64,000 bases of DNA from an uncultured Jatrophihabitantaceae bacterium (GCA_964252015.1 CAXULW010000019.1:4118-68117); one strand, 5' to 3'. Shown: positions 48,765-58,718, numbered from the stretch's first letter. Translations and numbers: made by a program. The notes: a model not told the origin generated them from the letters alone.

Positions 48765-49334
48765 ATGGCCGTCAGCTTGCGCGGGATGGGCGCGTTCCTC
48801 GGCCTGGTCGAGGACGAGGACCAGTACCGAGACCAGTACGGCGAGGTGGAGACCTACGAGACCGAGCCCGCCCGGGCCGGCCGTACCGACGCCCGCAATA
48901 TCGATGCCCGCAGCGACGCCCGCAGCCAGGAGGCCAGCCGCGCCCCGGTGCGCGCCCGCGAGGCCTACGCCCGCCCGGCCGAGGCCGCCCCGGTGGCCCG
49001 GGAATGGGTCGAGCAGGAGACCTACGCGGCCGACTACTACGAGCCCGAGCAGCCGCCCTACCGCATCACCACGCTGCATCCCCGCACGTACAACGAGGCG
49101 GTCACCATCGGCGAGCACTTCCGCGCCGGTACGCCGGTGATCATGAACCTGAGCGAGATGGCCGACTCGGACGCCAAGCGCCTGGTCGATTTCGCCGCCG
49201 GCCTGACCTTCGGCCTGCACGGGCGGGTGGAACGGGTGACGTCGAAGGTGTTCCTGCTCAGCCCGCAGAACGTCACGGTCACCGCGCAGGACAAGGCGCG
49301 CATCGCCGAGAACGGGTTCTTCAACCAGAGCTGA
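48765..49334 (+). CDS. sepF: cell division protein SepF
   Basis: The ATG at 48765 lies 7 nt after GGAGGA. It has the N-terminal membrane-targeting MGAFLGLVED and the C-terminal core LHPRTYNEAVTIGEHFRAGTPVIMNL...FLLSPQNV. Confidence 0.85.
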   Translation: MAVSLRGMGAFLGLVEDEDQYRDQYGEVETYETEPARAGRTDARNIDARSDARSQEASRAPVRAREAYARPAEAAPVAREWVEQETYAADYYEPEQPPYRITTLHPRTYNEAVTIGEHFRAGTPVIMNLSEMADSDAKRLVDFAAGLTFGLHGRVERVTSKVFLLSPQNVTVTAQDKARIAENGFFNQS

Positions 49335-49403
49335 CGCGCCTACGTGCGTGCCGGCCCGAGCGGGCGGGTGGGTACAGCCGCCCCGTTCGGGCATGATGAA
49401 GGC

Positions 49404-49694
49404 GTGAGTTCCGCGTTCGCCATCGCCGCCTTGCTGCTCCTGGTGTTCTATCTGCTCCTGCTGGCCCGGGTCGTGCTGGACGTCACCCGCTCCTTCGCCC
49501 GCTCGTGGCGCCCGGCCGGACCCGCCGCGGTCGGCCTGGAACTGATGTATTCGAGCACGGACGCCCCGGTGAAGACGTTGCGCCGGTTGATCCCACCGTT
49601 GCGCATCTTCGGCATCAGCCTCGACCTGTCCGTCTGGCTGTTGTTACTGGCCACCTGGGTGCTCCGTGATGTGTGCCTGCGCCTGGTCTATTGA
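49404..49694 (+). CDS. YggT/YlmG-family membrane protein
   Basis: The GTG at 49404 lies inside ORF 49344..49694. It is a two-TM ~96-aa protein (LLLLVFYLLLLARVVLD ... PVKTLRRLIPPLRIFGISLDLS) in the conserved position between sepF and divIVA. Confidence 0.72.
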   Translation: MSSAFAIAALLLLVFYLLLLARVVLDVTRSFARSWRPAGPAAVGLELMYSSTDAPVKTLRRLIPPLRIFGISLDLSVWLLLLATWVLRDVCLRLVY

Positions 49695-49829
49695 CCCGGC
49701 CGGTCTCACATCGCCGGCGTCGGCCCGGATGTTGCCGCTGCTTTACTTAGCTGGACCCACTGCGAAACCAACTGTCCTGATGCCGGTCAATTGATCCCGG
49801 CGCCCCCGCGAGCGAAGAGGTGACAGCAC

Positions 49830-50705
49830 ATGCAGCCGACATCGACCGACGATGCCAGCGCCCCGAAGAAGACCTTGACCCCGGCTGAGGTGCACAACGT
49901 CGCGTTCAAGAAACCGCCGATCGGCAAGCGCGGGTACGACGAGGAAGAGGTCGACTACTTCCTCGACGTGGTCGAAACGGAGCTGTCGCGCCTGATCGAG
50001 GAGAACCAGCGGCTGCAGAACAGCTCGTCGCCGCAGCCGTTCGACGAGGCCCAGCTGGCCCTGGCCGCCGACCAAGCCGTCGTCGCGGAGAACCAGCGAT
50101 TGAACGAGGCGCTGCAGGCGCTCCAGCACGAGCACAGCCAGCTCGGTGAGAACCACAGCCGGCTGCAGGAGGCGCTCCAGTCCGCCGAGCAGCGCGCCCA
50201 GGACGCGCAGCCCGAGGCCGAGCTCGCCCGGACTCAGGCCGGCAGCCCCGACGGCGCCACCGGCGAGCCGGCCGACCATAACCAGCAGGCGGTCAAGGTG
50301 CTCGTCCTGGCCCAGCAGACGGCCGATCAGCACCTGGCCAACGCTCAGAGCGAGGCCGAAGCCACCACGCGCGAGGCTCGGGCCGCGGCGGATGAGCTGC
50401 ACGAGCAGAGCACGGCCGAGGCCCAGCGCCTCATCGACGAGGCCCAGGCCCGGGCCGATCAGCTGCAGCGGGAGAGCGAGGAGAAGGCGGCCAAGACGGT
50501 CAGCGACGCCGAGGCCAACGCCACGTCGGTGCAGGACGCGCTCGAAGGACGCAAGAGCGCCCTGGAGAAGCGCCTCACCGAGCTGGGCACGTTCGAACGC
50601 GAGTACCGCTCGCGGCTGAAGAGCTACCTGGAGTCCCAGCTGCGCGAACTGCACCTGGGCGACGCGGACAGCGAGGAATCCGTCGCACCCCCCACGGCGA
50701 AGTAG
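49830..50705 (+). CDS. divIVA: DivIVA/Wag31 polar growth scaffold
   Basis: [31 protein letters not shown] is the lipid-binding DivIVA N-domain. It is followed by a long coiled coil. Confidence 0.9.
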   Translation: MQPTSTDDASAPKKTLTPAEVHNVAFKKPPIGKRGYDEEEVDYFLDVVETELSRLIEENQRLQNSSSPQPFDEAQLALAADQAVVAENQRLNEALQALQHEHSQLGENHSRLQEALQSAEQRAQDAQPEAELARTQAGSPDGATGEPADHNQQAVKVLVLAQQTADQHLANAQSEAEATTREARAAADELHEQSTAEAQRLIDEAQARADQLQRESEEKAAKTVSDAEANATSVQDALEGRKSALEKRLTELGTFEREYRSRLKSYLESQLRELHLGDADSEESVAPPTAK

Positions 50706-50730
50706 CACCGCGCACCGCGCATCACATCGA

Positions 50731-50778
50731 CGAGAACGGGCCGGCCCGGGTGGAAACACCCAGGCCGGCCCGTTCTCG
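50731..50778. terminator. bidirectional stem-loop between convergent divIVA and ileS
   Basis: cgagaacgggccggcccgggtg-gaaa-cacccaggccggcccgttctcg forms a ~22-bp stem with one mismatch and a GAAA loop. There is no clear U-tract on either strand. Confidence 0.55.
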
Positions 50779-50795
50779 TGGGGTCTACTGGCGCC

Positions 50796-53700
50796 TCATA
50801 GCTGCTTCCCCCCTTGGGCGCAGCGCAGCCAGAGGATGAGGCCCAGCTCGGCGTCGATGGCCACGGCCCAGCCGTCCGGTGTGGCGCTGACCCCGGGCGG
50901 GATGACGCCTTCCACGTCCACTTCCGGGGCGTCGGCCGGCCGTCCGTGCGTGAACGTGGTGGCCAGGACCTCGGCCGCGATCTCGTCGGCGTGCGCGGTG
51001 ATGGCCTCGGCCGGATCGGCCGCGCCGCCGACCTGCCAGTGCAGCTCGATGCGGTCGGAGACGTCGAAACCCGCGTTCTTGCGGGCCTCCTGGATGTCGC
51101 GGACGATCTCGCGCACCAGCCCGCGGCGGCGCAGGTCGACGGTCAGTTCCAGGTCCAGCGCCACCGTCTCGGCGCCGTCGCTGGCCACCGTCCAGCCGGC
51201 CGACGGGCTCTGGTTGACGATGATCTCCGCGGCGCTGAGCTGAACGGGCGACCCGTCGAGCACGACCTCCACCGGCTGGTCGACGTGCAGGGCGTGCGCG
51301 ACGACGGCCGGGTCAACCCGCAGCAAGGCGGCGGCGACGTCCTTGGTCCGGTTGCCGAAGCGCCGGCCCAGCGTGCGGAAGTTGGGCTTCACCGTCACCG
51401 TGATGATCTCGTCGGCGTCGTGCAGGCTCTCCAGCGCGACCACGTTGAGCTCGTCGGCCACCTCGCGGCGCAGCGCCTCGGGCACCGCGTCCCAGCCCGG
51501 CGCGGAGACCAGCGCCCGGGCCAACGGCTGGCGGGTCTTGACCCCGGATTCGGCCCGGGCCGCGCGGCCCAGCTCGACCAGACGGCGGACGAGCTCCATG
51601 TCCCGGAACAGCTGGACCGAGCCGGGGGACGACACGCTCGGAGTCGGCCACGACGCCAGGTGCACCGACCCGGGCTCGTCGAACGGGACGAACAGGCCGC
51701 GCCACACGGTTTCGGTGATGAACGGCACCAGCGGGGCCAGCAGCAGTGTCAACGCGCGCAGGCAGTCGTGCAGCGTCTGCAGCGCCGCGGGATCGCCCTC
51801 CCAGAACCGGCGGCGTGACCGCCGGATGTACCAGTTGCTCAGGTCGTCGACATACGTCGACAGCAACGTCCCCGTGGTCGCCGTGTCGAACGCGTTCATC
51901 GCGTCGGTGACGGCCGCGATCGTCTGGTTGGTCCGCTCCCGCGCCCAGACGTCCAGGGCCGCGTCCGACGCAACGCTCGACTTCAAGGCGGCCGAGCCGG
52001 CTTCCGGCGACCAGCCGGCCGCACGGGCGTACAGGCTCTGGAACGACGCCACCGACCAGTACGTGCGCAGCACCTTCGACGCGATCTCGTCGAGGATCTT
52101 GTGCCCGATCCGCCGCGGGGCCCACGGCGACCCGCTCGCCAGCATGAACCAGCGCAGCGCATCGGCGCCATGCTGGTCCATCAACGGCATGGGCAGCAGG
52201 ATGTTGCCCAGGTGCTTGCTCATCTTGCGTCCGTCCTCGGCCACTATGTGGCCCAGGCAGAGCACGGTCTTGTACGAGCTGCGGTCGAACACCAGCGTGC
52301 CGATGGCCATCAGCGTGTAGAACCAGCCGCGGGTCTGGTCGATCGCTTCGCAGATGAAGTCGGCCGGGTAGCTCTCGTCGAACCGGTCGGCGTTGCGGTG
52401 CGGGGCGCCGAACTGGGCGAACGGCATCGAGCCCGAGTCGAACCAGGCGTCGATCACCTGCGGCACCCGCCGGTACGTGCCGGCCTCGCCGGCGACGGTG
52501 AACGTGACGTCGTCGACGAACGGGCGGTGCGGGTCGAGCGCGGACAGGTCCGAGCCGGTCAGCCGGCCCAACTCGCTCAGCGAGCCGACGCAGACGATCT
52601 TCGACTCGTCGGCGTCGTTGCGCCAGACCGGCAGCGGGGTGCCCCAGTACCGGTCGCGCGACAGGGCCCAGTCGATGTTGTTCTCGAGCCAGTCGCCGTA
52701 CCGGCCGTGCTTGATCGTGTTCGGGTACCAGTTCGTGCGTTCGTTCTCGCGCAACAAGGCGTCCCGCCGCGCCGTGGTGCGCACGTACCAGGACGGCAGG
52801 GCGAAGTACATCAGCGGGGTGTGGCAGCGCCAGCAGTGCGGGTAGGCGTGCGCGTACGGGACGTGGCGCCAGAGCAGCCCGCGGGCCTTCAGGTCGGCGA
52901 CCAGGGTCTCGTCGGCGTCCTTGAAGAACGCCCCGCCCACCAATGGCACGCCGTCGTCGAAATGGCCGTTGCGCGCGATCGGGTTGATCACCGGCATGCC
53001 GTAGGCACGGGTCACGATCAGGTCGTCGGCGCCGAAAGCAGGTGCCTGGTGCACCAGGCCGGTGCCGTCGGTGACGGTGACGTAGTCGGCCAGCACCACG
53101 TAGTTGACCAGGGCCGGGTCGTCGCCGACCGAGACCACGTCGAAGGGACGCCGGTAGGTCCACCGCTCCAGCTCGCGGCCGGGGTAGCTGGCCAGCACCT
53201 CGGCGTCGTCGCCCACGGCGTGGGCGACCAGGTCGCGGGCGACCACGACGACATCGCCGGCCGGGGTGCGGGCGACGACGTACTCGACCTCGGCGTTGAC
53301 CGCGACGGCCACGTTGGAGACGAGCGTCCACGGCGTCGTCGTCCAGATGAGGAGATCGGCCTGACCGGCCCATGGACCCGACGTCAGCGGGAACCGCACG
53401 TACACCGACGGGTCGACCACGTCCTCGTAGCCCTGGGCCACCTCGTGGTCGGACAGGCCGGTGCCGCAGCGCGGGCAGTACGGGGAGACGCGGTAGTCCT
53501 CCACCAGCAGGCCCTGGTCGAAGATCTGCTTCAGCGCCCACCACACGCTCTCGACGTAGGCCGGGTCCATCGTCCGGTACGGATGCGCGTAGTCGGCCCA
53601 GTAGCCCATGCGCTCGCTCATGGCCTCGAACTCGCCGACGTTGCGCAACACCGACTCGCGGCACTTGGCGTTGAACGCGGCGATCCCGTAGGCCTCGATG

Positions 53701-54155
53701 TCGGGCTTGCCGGTGAACCCGAGCTCGCGCTCCACGGCCAGTTCGACCGGCAGGCCGTGGCAGTCCCAGCCGGCCATCCGGGCCACATGGTGACCGTTCA
53801 TGGTCTTGAACCGCGGGAACACGTCCTTGAACACCCGGGCTTCGACGTGGTGGGTGCCGGGCACGCCGTTGGCCGTCGGCGGGCCCTCGTAGAAGGTCCA
53901 CGCCGGGCCGCCCTCGGTGGCGGCCAGGCTGCGCTGGAACACGTCGTGCTCCTGCCAGAACCCGATCACCGCGCGGTCGTTGGCGGGCAGGTCGATGTGC
54001 GGGGCCAGCGCCCGGTAGCGCGGCGGCACGTCCCCGGCCGCAGCAGGGAGGCAGTCCACGGCGGGGTCGGTGTGGGACGTATCTGTGTGGGACGTATCGG
54101 TCCTGGACGTATAGGTGTTGGACGTATCGGTGTTGGACGTATCGGTGCTGGACAT
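50796..54155 (-). CDS. ileS: isoleucine--tRNA ligase (type 2, eukaryote-like) with a repeat-encoded N-terminal extension
   Basis: 1119-aa ORF with class I motifs (PPTANGVPGTHHV as HIGH-like, KMSKHLGN as KMSKS) and CP1 editing and anticodon-binding regions. The ATG at 54155 follows a GAGGAG. Confidence 0.9.
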   Translation of the reverse strand: MSSTDTSNTDTSNTYTSRTDTSHTDTSHTDPAVDCLPAAAGDVPPRYRALAPHIDLPANDRAVIGFWQEHDVFQRSLAATEGGPAWTFYEGPPTANGVPGTHHVEARVFKDVFPRFKTMNGHHVARMAGWDCHGLPVELAVERELGFTGKPDIEAYGIAAFNAKCRESVLRNVGEFEAMSERMGYWADYAHPYRTMDPAYVESVWWALKQIFDQGLLVEDYRVSPYCPRCGTGLSDHEVAQGYEDVVDPSVYVRFPLTSGPWAGQADLLIWTTTPWTLVSNVAVAVNAEVEYVVARTPAGDVVVVARDLVAHAVGDDAEVLASYPGRELERWTYRRPFDVVSVGDDPALVNYVVLADYVTVTDGTGLVHQAPAFGADDLIVTRAYGMPVINPIARNGHFDDGVPLVGGAFFKDADETLVADLKARGLLWRHVPYAHAYPHCWRCHTPLMYFALPSWYVRTTARRDALLRENERTNWYPNTIKHGRYGDWLENNIDWALSRDRYWGTPLPVWRNDADESKIVCVGSLSELGRLTGSDLSALDPHRPFVDDVTFTVAGEAGTYRRVPQVIDAWFDSGSMPFAQFGAPHRNADRFDESYPADFICEAIDQTRGWFYTLMAIGTLVFDRSSYKTVLCLGHIVAEDGRKMSKHLGNILLPMPLMDQHGADALRWFMLASGSPWAPRRIGHKILDEIASKVLRTYWSVASFQSLYARAAGWSPEAGSAALKSSVASDAALDVWARERTNQTIAAVTDAMNAFDTATTGTLLSTYVDDLSNWYIRRSRRRFWEGDPAALQTLHDCLRALTLLLAPLVPFITETVWRGLFVPFDEPGSVHLASWPTPSVSSPGSVQLFRDMELVRRLVELGRAARAESGVKTRQPLARALVSAPGWDAVPEALRREVADELNVVALESLHDADEIITVTVKPNFRTLGRRFGNRTKDVAAALLRVDPAVVAHALHVDQPVEVVLDGSPVQLSAAEIIVNQSPSAGWTVASDGAETVALDLELTVDLRRRGLVREIVRDIQEARKNAGFDVSDRIELHWQVGGAADPAEAITAHADEIAAEVLATTFTHGRPADAPEVDVEGVIPPGVSATPDGWAVAIDAELGLILWLRCAQGGKQL
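54069..54155 (-). repeat. 15-bp tandem repeat (~5.8 copies) encoding (TDTS[NH])n at the ileS N-terminus
   Basis: The plus-strand units ggtg(t/c)(g/t)ggacgtatc are read consecutively from 54069 up to the start codon. Confidence 0.85.
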
Positions 54156-54400
54156 CGGTGCGACGGTCTCCTCGAGTGGGCAGGTCGATCGAGGGACGAC
54201 CCGCCACCGCGAACCGGTGAGGTTCGCGTGCGGACCGCGGTACCACCCTCGTTGACGCGGCGGTCGGATCCGCAGCGCCCACTCTGGTCAAACGGTCGAA
54301 CGTGCTCGAAGGTGATGTCCGCGCAGCGATCGTGACCCCGGGCTCACACCATCCCCGGTTCGCTCGCGTCCGTGTCGCGGCGGCGCGTCCTCGTCAACGC
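54156..54400 (-). promoter_or_regulatory. T-box leader (Ile specifier), probably the translational, SD-sequestering type
   Basis: The minus strand contains the T-box core GAGGGTGGTACCGCG (plus strand ~54236-54250). An upstream stem carries an AUC triplet followed by a purine (cacgAUCGcug). A downstream CCCTCGA ... TCGAGGAG pairing could occlude the SD just before the ileS ATG. Confidence 0.7.
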
Positions 54401-54613
54401 CATTGGTACGGACCTGGGTCCGCGCCGACACCCATGATATGACCGCCGTGGCGTGGCCACGACCGGCTTTACCGGGTGCGGTCGCGGTCCCCCCACGAGC
54501 CCGCCGCGTCGACTACGTTGACACGCGACGCCGGTACGCGGGCGAAGATTGTCCGATTAGGGAATGACCCGCGACGGCCACCTTTCAGCAACGTCTCCGC
54601 TCGGAGGTCACCT

Positions 54614-55273
54614 GTGGTCCGATCCACCCCTGTCGGCAGCGCCGGAAGCAGCGCCGCCACGTCGACGGCCGCCACGTCGACGGCCGCCGCGTCGACGGCC
54701 AAGGCCCCGGCCGCCAAGATCGCCGCCAAGAAGGCCCCAGCCAAATCGGCCGCAGCAACGCCATCGGCCAAAGCGGCAACCAAAGCCCCGGCCAGAGCGG
54801 CAACGAAAGCCCCGGCCACGGCTTCAGCCACGGTCGCCACCAAGGCGTCCACCAAGGCCCCGGCCAAGGCCCGCGCCGAAGCCGACGCACCGGCGGGCGG
54901 GGCCGGCACCGAGTGGACCGCGGCCGAATTGAAGGCGGTCCGGGCCGAGCTGTCCGTGGGAATCGTGGCCATGCAGGCGGAGTACGAGAAGTCGCTGGCG
55001 GATCTGGACGAGCTCCAACAGGCCGGCACCGACGGCGCCGGCGACGACCAGGCCGACGCGGGCAGCAAGACCTTCGACCGCGAGCAGGAACTGTCCATCG
55101 CGGCCAACCGTTTCGACCTGATGTCCCAGATGATGCACGCGGTCGAGCGCATCGACCATGGCACCTACGGCTACTGCGAGGTGTGTGGCAACCCCATCCC
55201 GCGCATACGCCTGCAGGCCTTCCCGATGGCGACGCTCGACGTCGCCTGCAAACAACGCGAGGAACGTCGCTGA
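54614..55273 (+). CDS. TraR/DksA-family C4 zinc-finger protein with an Ala/Lys/Thr-rich histone-like N-terminal extension
   Basis: The GTG at 54614 lies 6 nt after GGAGG, inside ORF 54476..55273. The C-terminus has a coiled coil plus CEVCGNPIP..R......LDVACK. The N-terminal ~95 aa are AKP/TS low complexity, including a 15-bp x3 repeat at 54653-54697. Confidence 0.72.
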   Translation: MVRSTPVGSAGSSAATSTAATSTAAASTAKAPAAKIAAKKAPAKSAAATPSAKAATKAPARAATKAPATASATVATKASTKAPAKARAEADAPAGGAGTEWTAAELKAVRAELSVGIVAMQAEYEKSLADLDELQQAGTDGAGDDQADAGSKTFDREQELSIAANRFDLMSQMMHAVERIDHGTYGYCEVCGNPIPRIRLQAFPMATLDVACKQREERR

Positions 55274-55467
55274 CCCTGCACCCCGCCGGCCCCGCCGGCC
55301 GCCGTCGCTGCGCTCCTCGCTCGCTGGCGCTCGCTGCGATGCTCACGCCGGCGGCCGGCTCATGACCGCCACCCCGCCCTCGCTCCTGACCACCCGCGGG
55401 GTCGAGATCGACGGTCGCCGGACGCGCCCCGAATCGCCGCCGGTCACGATCGGACGATGATCAGACG

Positions 55468-56427
55468 ATGACGCAACCGCCCGCCTCCGGGCAGCGGCGT
55501 TCGATGCCACTGCCCGACGGGCTGGACGGGCTCCGCCTCGACGTGGCGCTCAGCCGCCTGTTCGGCTTCTCCCGCACGACCGCCGCCGGGCTGATCGATC
55601 GGGGTTCGGTGCGCGTCGACGACCGTCCGGCCGGACGCTCGGACCGGGTGGTGGGCGGCGGCTGGCTCGAGGTGGAGTTGCCCGCGCCGCCGGTGCCGGC
55701 CGAGCCACGTCCCCTCGACGGCCGTGACGGTCTGGCCGGGCTCAAGGTCCTCTACAACGACGCCGACATCGTGGTGATCGACAAACCGGTCGGCGTCGCG
55801 GTCCACGCGAGTCCGGGCTGGACCGGTCCGACCGTCACCGGTGCCCTGGCCGCCCGCGGCGTGCGGCTGTCCGATTCCGGGCCGGCCGAGCGGCAGGGTG
55901 TCGTGCACCGCTTGGACGTGGGTACCTCCGGGGTGCTCGTCCTTGCGGCCAGCGACCGGGCATACACCGTGCTCAAGCGGGCGTTCAAGGACCGCACGGT
56001 GGACAAGCGGTACGCCGCGCTGGTCCAGGGCCATCCGGATCCCAGCTCGGGCACGATCGACGCCCCGATCGGGCGTCACCCCGGCGCCGACTACAAGTTC
56101 GCGGTCACCTCCGACGGGCGGCCCAGCGTGACTCATTACGAGACGGTCGAGGCGTTCCCGGCCGTATCGCTGCTCGATGTCCACCTCGAGACGGGGCGCA
56201 CTCATCAGATCCGGGTGCACATGGCCGCGCTGCGCCACCCGTGCGCCGGCGACCTCACCTACGGCGGCGACCCGGCCTTGGCGCAACGGCTCGGTCTGAC
56301 CAGGCAGTGGCTGCACGCGCGTCAGCTCGGTTTTCGCCACCCGGGCACAGGGGTGGACGTCTCGTTCACCTCGCCGTTCCCGGCCGATCTCGAACACGCG
56401 CTTGCGGTGGCCCGCAGCTGGACCTGA
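55468..56427 (+). CDS. RluA-family 23S rRNA pseudouridine synthase (RluD-like, with an S4 domain)
   Basis: It has an S4-like N-terminus ([15 protein letters not shown]), the catalytic [14 protein letters not shown] and GRTHQIRVH. Confidence 0.85.
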   Translation: MTQPPASGQRRSMPLPDGLDGLRLDVALSRLFGFSRTTAAGLIDRGSVRVDDRPAGRSDRVVGGGWLEVELPAPPVPAEPRPLDGRDGLAGLKVLYNDADIVVIDKPVGVAVHASPGWTGPTVTGALAARGVRLSDSGPAERQGVVHRLDVGTSGVLVLAASDRAYTVLKRAFKDRTVDKRYAALVQGHPDPSSGTIDAPIGRHPGADYKFAVTSDGRPSVTHYETVEAFPAVSLLDVHLETGRTHQIRVHMAALRHPCAGDLTYGGDPALAQRLGLTRQWLHARQLGFRHPGTGVDVSFTSPFPADLEHALAVARSWT

Positions 56428-56611
56428 CCGCTGCTGGGAGAGAGGGTGCTTCACCTTGACATCGGAAGGTGCGGCCCCCAAGATCAAACCGCGCCAGCCC
56501 CTCGGCCTGATTCTTCAAGAACTCCTACCCGTCCAGGGTGGTTTCGTCGTGCCCGGAAGCGGTCCGGTCGGCGCGTTCGCACGTCCGTGCCGTTCCGTTC
56601 GGAGGTAGTTC

Positions 56612-58672
56612 GTGAAGTTTGCCATCCGAGGGCTCACCGTCCTCGCCGCCGCGACCGCTCTGGTCGCCGGCACCGCCGTCTCGCCGGTAACCGCCGCCCC
56701 CAACACCGCCGCCCCCAACACCGCCCACCCCACCACCGCCCACCCGGCCGCGACCCAGGCATCAGGCGTGGGCAAGCTCGAGGCCAAAGCGGCCAAGACG
56801 GTCGCCCATCCCTACGCCCAGCACAAGACCAAGCGCGTCTGTTCGACGGCAACCAAGGCCCACCAGATGAGCTGTTTCGCCATCCGGCAGACCGACACGC
56901 TGCAGCCGGCCGCGTTCAAGACCAAGGCCGTGGTGCCCAACGCTGTCCCGTCCGGCTACGGCCCGGCCAACCTGGCCAGCGCCTACAAGTTGTCCAGCAG
57001 CGGCGGCAGTGGGGCCACCGTCGCCATCGTCGATGCGTACAACGACCCGACTGCGGCGGCAGACCTGGCCGCCTACCGGAGCCAGTACGGCCTGCCGGCA
57101 TGCACCGTGGCCAGTGGCTGCCTGCGCATCGTGAACCAGAACGGCGCCACCAGCCCGCTGCCGATCACCGACTCCGGCTGGTCCCAGGAGATATCGCTGG
57201 ACCTGGACATGGTCTCGGCCGTCTGCCCCAAGTGCAAGATCCTCCTGGTCGAGGCGAACAGTGCCAACGACGCCGACCTGTTCACCGCCGTGGACACCGC
57301 GGTGAACCTGGGCGCGAAGTACGTGTCCAACAGCTACGGCGGCCCTGAGTACGCCGGCCAGACCAGCGCCGACGCCCACTTCAACCACCCGGGCGTGGCC
57401 ATCACCGTGAGTACCGGTGACAAAGGCAACGCAGAGGGTCCGGAGTACCCGGCCAGCAGCCGCTACGTCACCGCGGTCGGCGGGACGTCGCTCAGCACCG
57501 CCACCAATGCCCGGGGCTGGACCGAGTCCGCCTGGTCCGGCGCTGGTTCCGGCTGCTCGGCCTACGACACCAAACCCGCCTGGCAGACCGTCGCTACCGG
57601 AAGCTGCACCACGCGGGCCGAGGCCGACGTCTCCGCGGTGGCCGACCCGAACACCGGCGTGGCCGTCTACCTGACCACGGGAGGCGACGGCTGGACCGTC
57701 TACGGCGGTACCAGCGCGGCCGCGCCGATCGTGGCGTCGGTGTACGCGCTCGCCGGCACCCCCGCCGCCGGGACCTACCCGGCGTCGTACCCGTATTCGC
57801 ACCCGAGCAACCTGTTCGACGTCACCACCGGCAACAACGGTTCCTGCGGCGCGCCGCTGTGCACCGCGGGCACGGGCTGGGACGGCCCGACCGGCCTCGG
57901 CACACCGAACGGGACGGCGGCGTTCACCGCCGGCAGCACCGCGACGATCACCGTGACCAACCCCGGCAACAAGACGGCCACCGTGGGCACGGCGATCACC
58001 CCGTTCACCCTGACCGCCAGCGGCGGCACGACCTATACCTGGGCCGCGACCGGCCTGCCGCCGGGTCTCGCGATCGGTTCCACCACCGGGACGATCTCGG
58101 GCACGCCGACCGCGGCCGGCACCTTTTCCGTGACGGCAACGGCGACGTCGGGCGGGCAGTCCGGCCCCGCGACGTTCACCATCACCGTCAGCCCCGTCGT
58201 TGGCGGATGTGCTGGCGTCGGTCAGAAGCTGGCCAATCCCGGCTTCGAGAGCGGCAACACGGTCTGGACGACCACGGCCGGCGTCATCGGCCAGTACACG
58301 TCCTCCGGCCAGCCGCCGCACGGCGGTACCTGGGACGCGTGGCTGGACGGCTACGGCACCACCCACACCGACACGCTGAGCCAGTCGGTGACCATCCCGG
58401 CCGGGTGCACCAAATCGACGCTGTCGTTCTACCTGCACGTCGCCACGGCCGAGACGACCACCACGGCCCAGTACGACAAGCTGACGGTCACGATCGGCTC
58501 GACCACGTTGGCCACGTACTCCAACCTGAGCAAGGGCGCCGGCTACCTGCCGCGGTCGTTCAGCGTGGGTTCCTTCGCCGGCCAGACGGTCGTGGTGAAG
58601 TTCACCGGCGCCGAGGACAACTCGCTGCCGACGTCTTTCGTCATCGACGACACGGCCCTAACCGCGAGCTGA
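56612..58672 (+). CDS. secreted S53 (sedolisin/kumamolisin-like) peptidase with a putative Ig-like domain and a C-terminal beta-sandwich domain
   Basis: The GTG at 56612 follows GGAGG. It has a signal peptide and a pro-domain. The catalytic region has WSQEISLDLDMV, VSNSYGG and YGGTSAAAPIVA. Then comes a TYTWAATGLPPGLAI..TGTISGTPT Ig-like repeat and an NPGFESG... domain. Confidence 0.72.
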   Translation: MKFAIRGLTVLAAATALVAGTAVSPVTAAPNTAAPNTAHPTTAHPAATQASGVGKLEAKAAKTVAHPYAQHKTKRVCSTATKAHQMSCFAIRQTDTLQPAAFKTKAVVPNAVPSGYGPANLASAYKLSSSGGSGATVAIVDAYNDPTAAADLAAYRSQYGLPACTVASGCLRIVNQNGATSPLPITDSGWSQEISLDLDMVSAVCPKCKILLVEANSANDADLFTAVDTAVNLGAKYVSNSYGGPEYAGQTSADAHFNHPGVAITVSTGDKGNAEGPEYPASSRYVTAVGGTSLSTATNARGWTESAWSGAGSGCSAYDTKPAWQTVATGSCTTRAEADVSAVADPNTGVAVYLTTGGDGWTVYGGTSAAAPIVASVYALAGTPAAGTYPASYPYSHPSNLFDVTTGNNGSCGAPLCTAGTGWDGPTGLGTPNGTAAFTAGSTATITVTNPGNKTATVGTAITPFTLTASGGTTYTWAATGLPPGLAIGSTTGTISGTPTAAGTFSVTATATSGGQSGPATFTITVSPVVGGCAGVGQKLANPGFESGNTVWTTTAGVIGQYTSSGQPPHGGTWDAWLDGYGTTHTDTLSQSVTIPAGCTKSTLSFYLHVATAETTTTAQYDKLTVTIGSTTLATYSNLSKGAGYLPRSFSVGSFAGQTVVVKFTGAEDNSLPTSFVIDDTALTAS

Positions 58673-58687
58673 ACCCACGGAGCCAGC

Positions 58688-58718
58688 AGGGGCCGTCCGT
58701 GCGATGCGGACGGCCCCT
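58688..58718. terminator. stem-loop after the peptidase gene
   Basis: aggggccgtccg-tgcgatg-cggacggcccct is followed by gggtttcttg. It lies between convergent genes. Confidence 0.55.

Noticed and set aside
51313-54335. Long alternative-frame ORFs over ileS (51313..54291 minus, 52101..54335 plus, 50814..51818 plus)
   Set aside because: The same high-GC artefact. The ileS frame alone carries synthetase motifs and the expected third-position GC bias.
55274-55467. Possible lspA remnant or small ORF ([32 protein letters not shown]) between the DksA-like gene and the pseudouridine synthase gene
   Set aside because: There is no hydrophobic LspA-like segment, no recognisable motif and no convincing SD. 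It is treated as non-coding.
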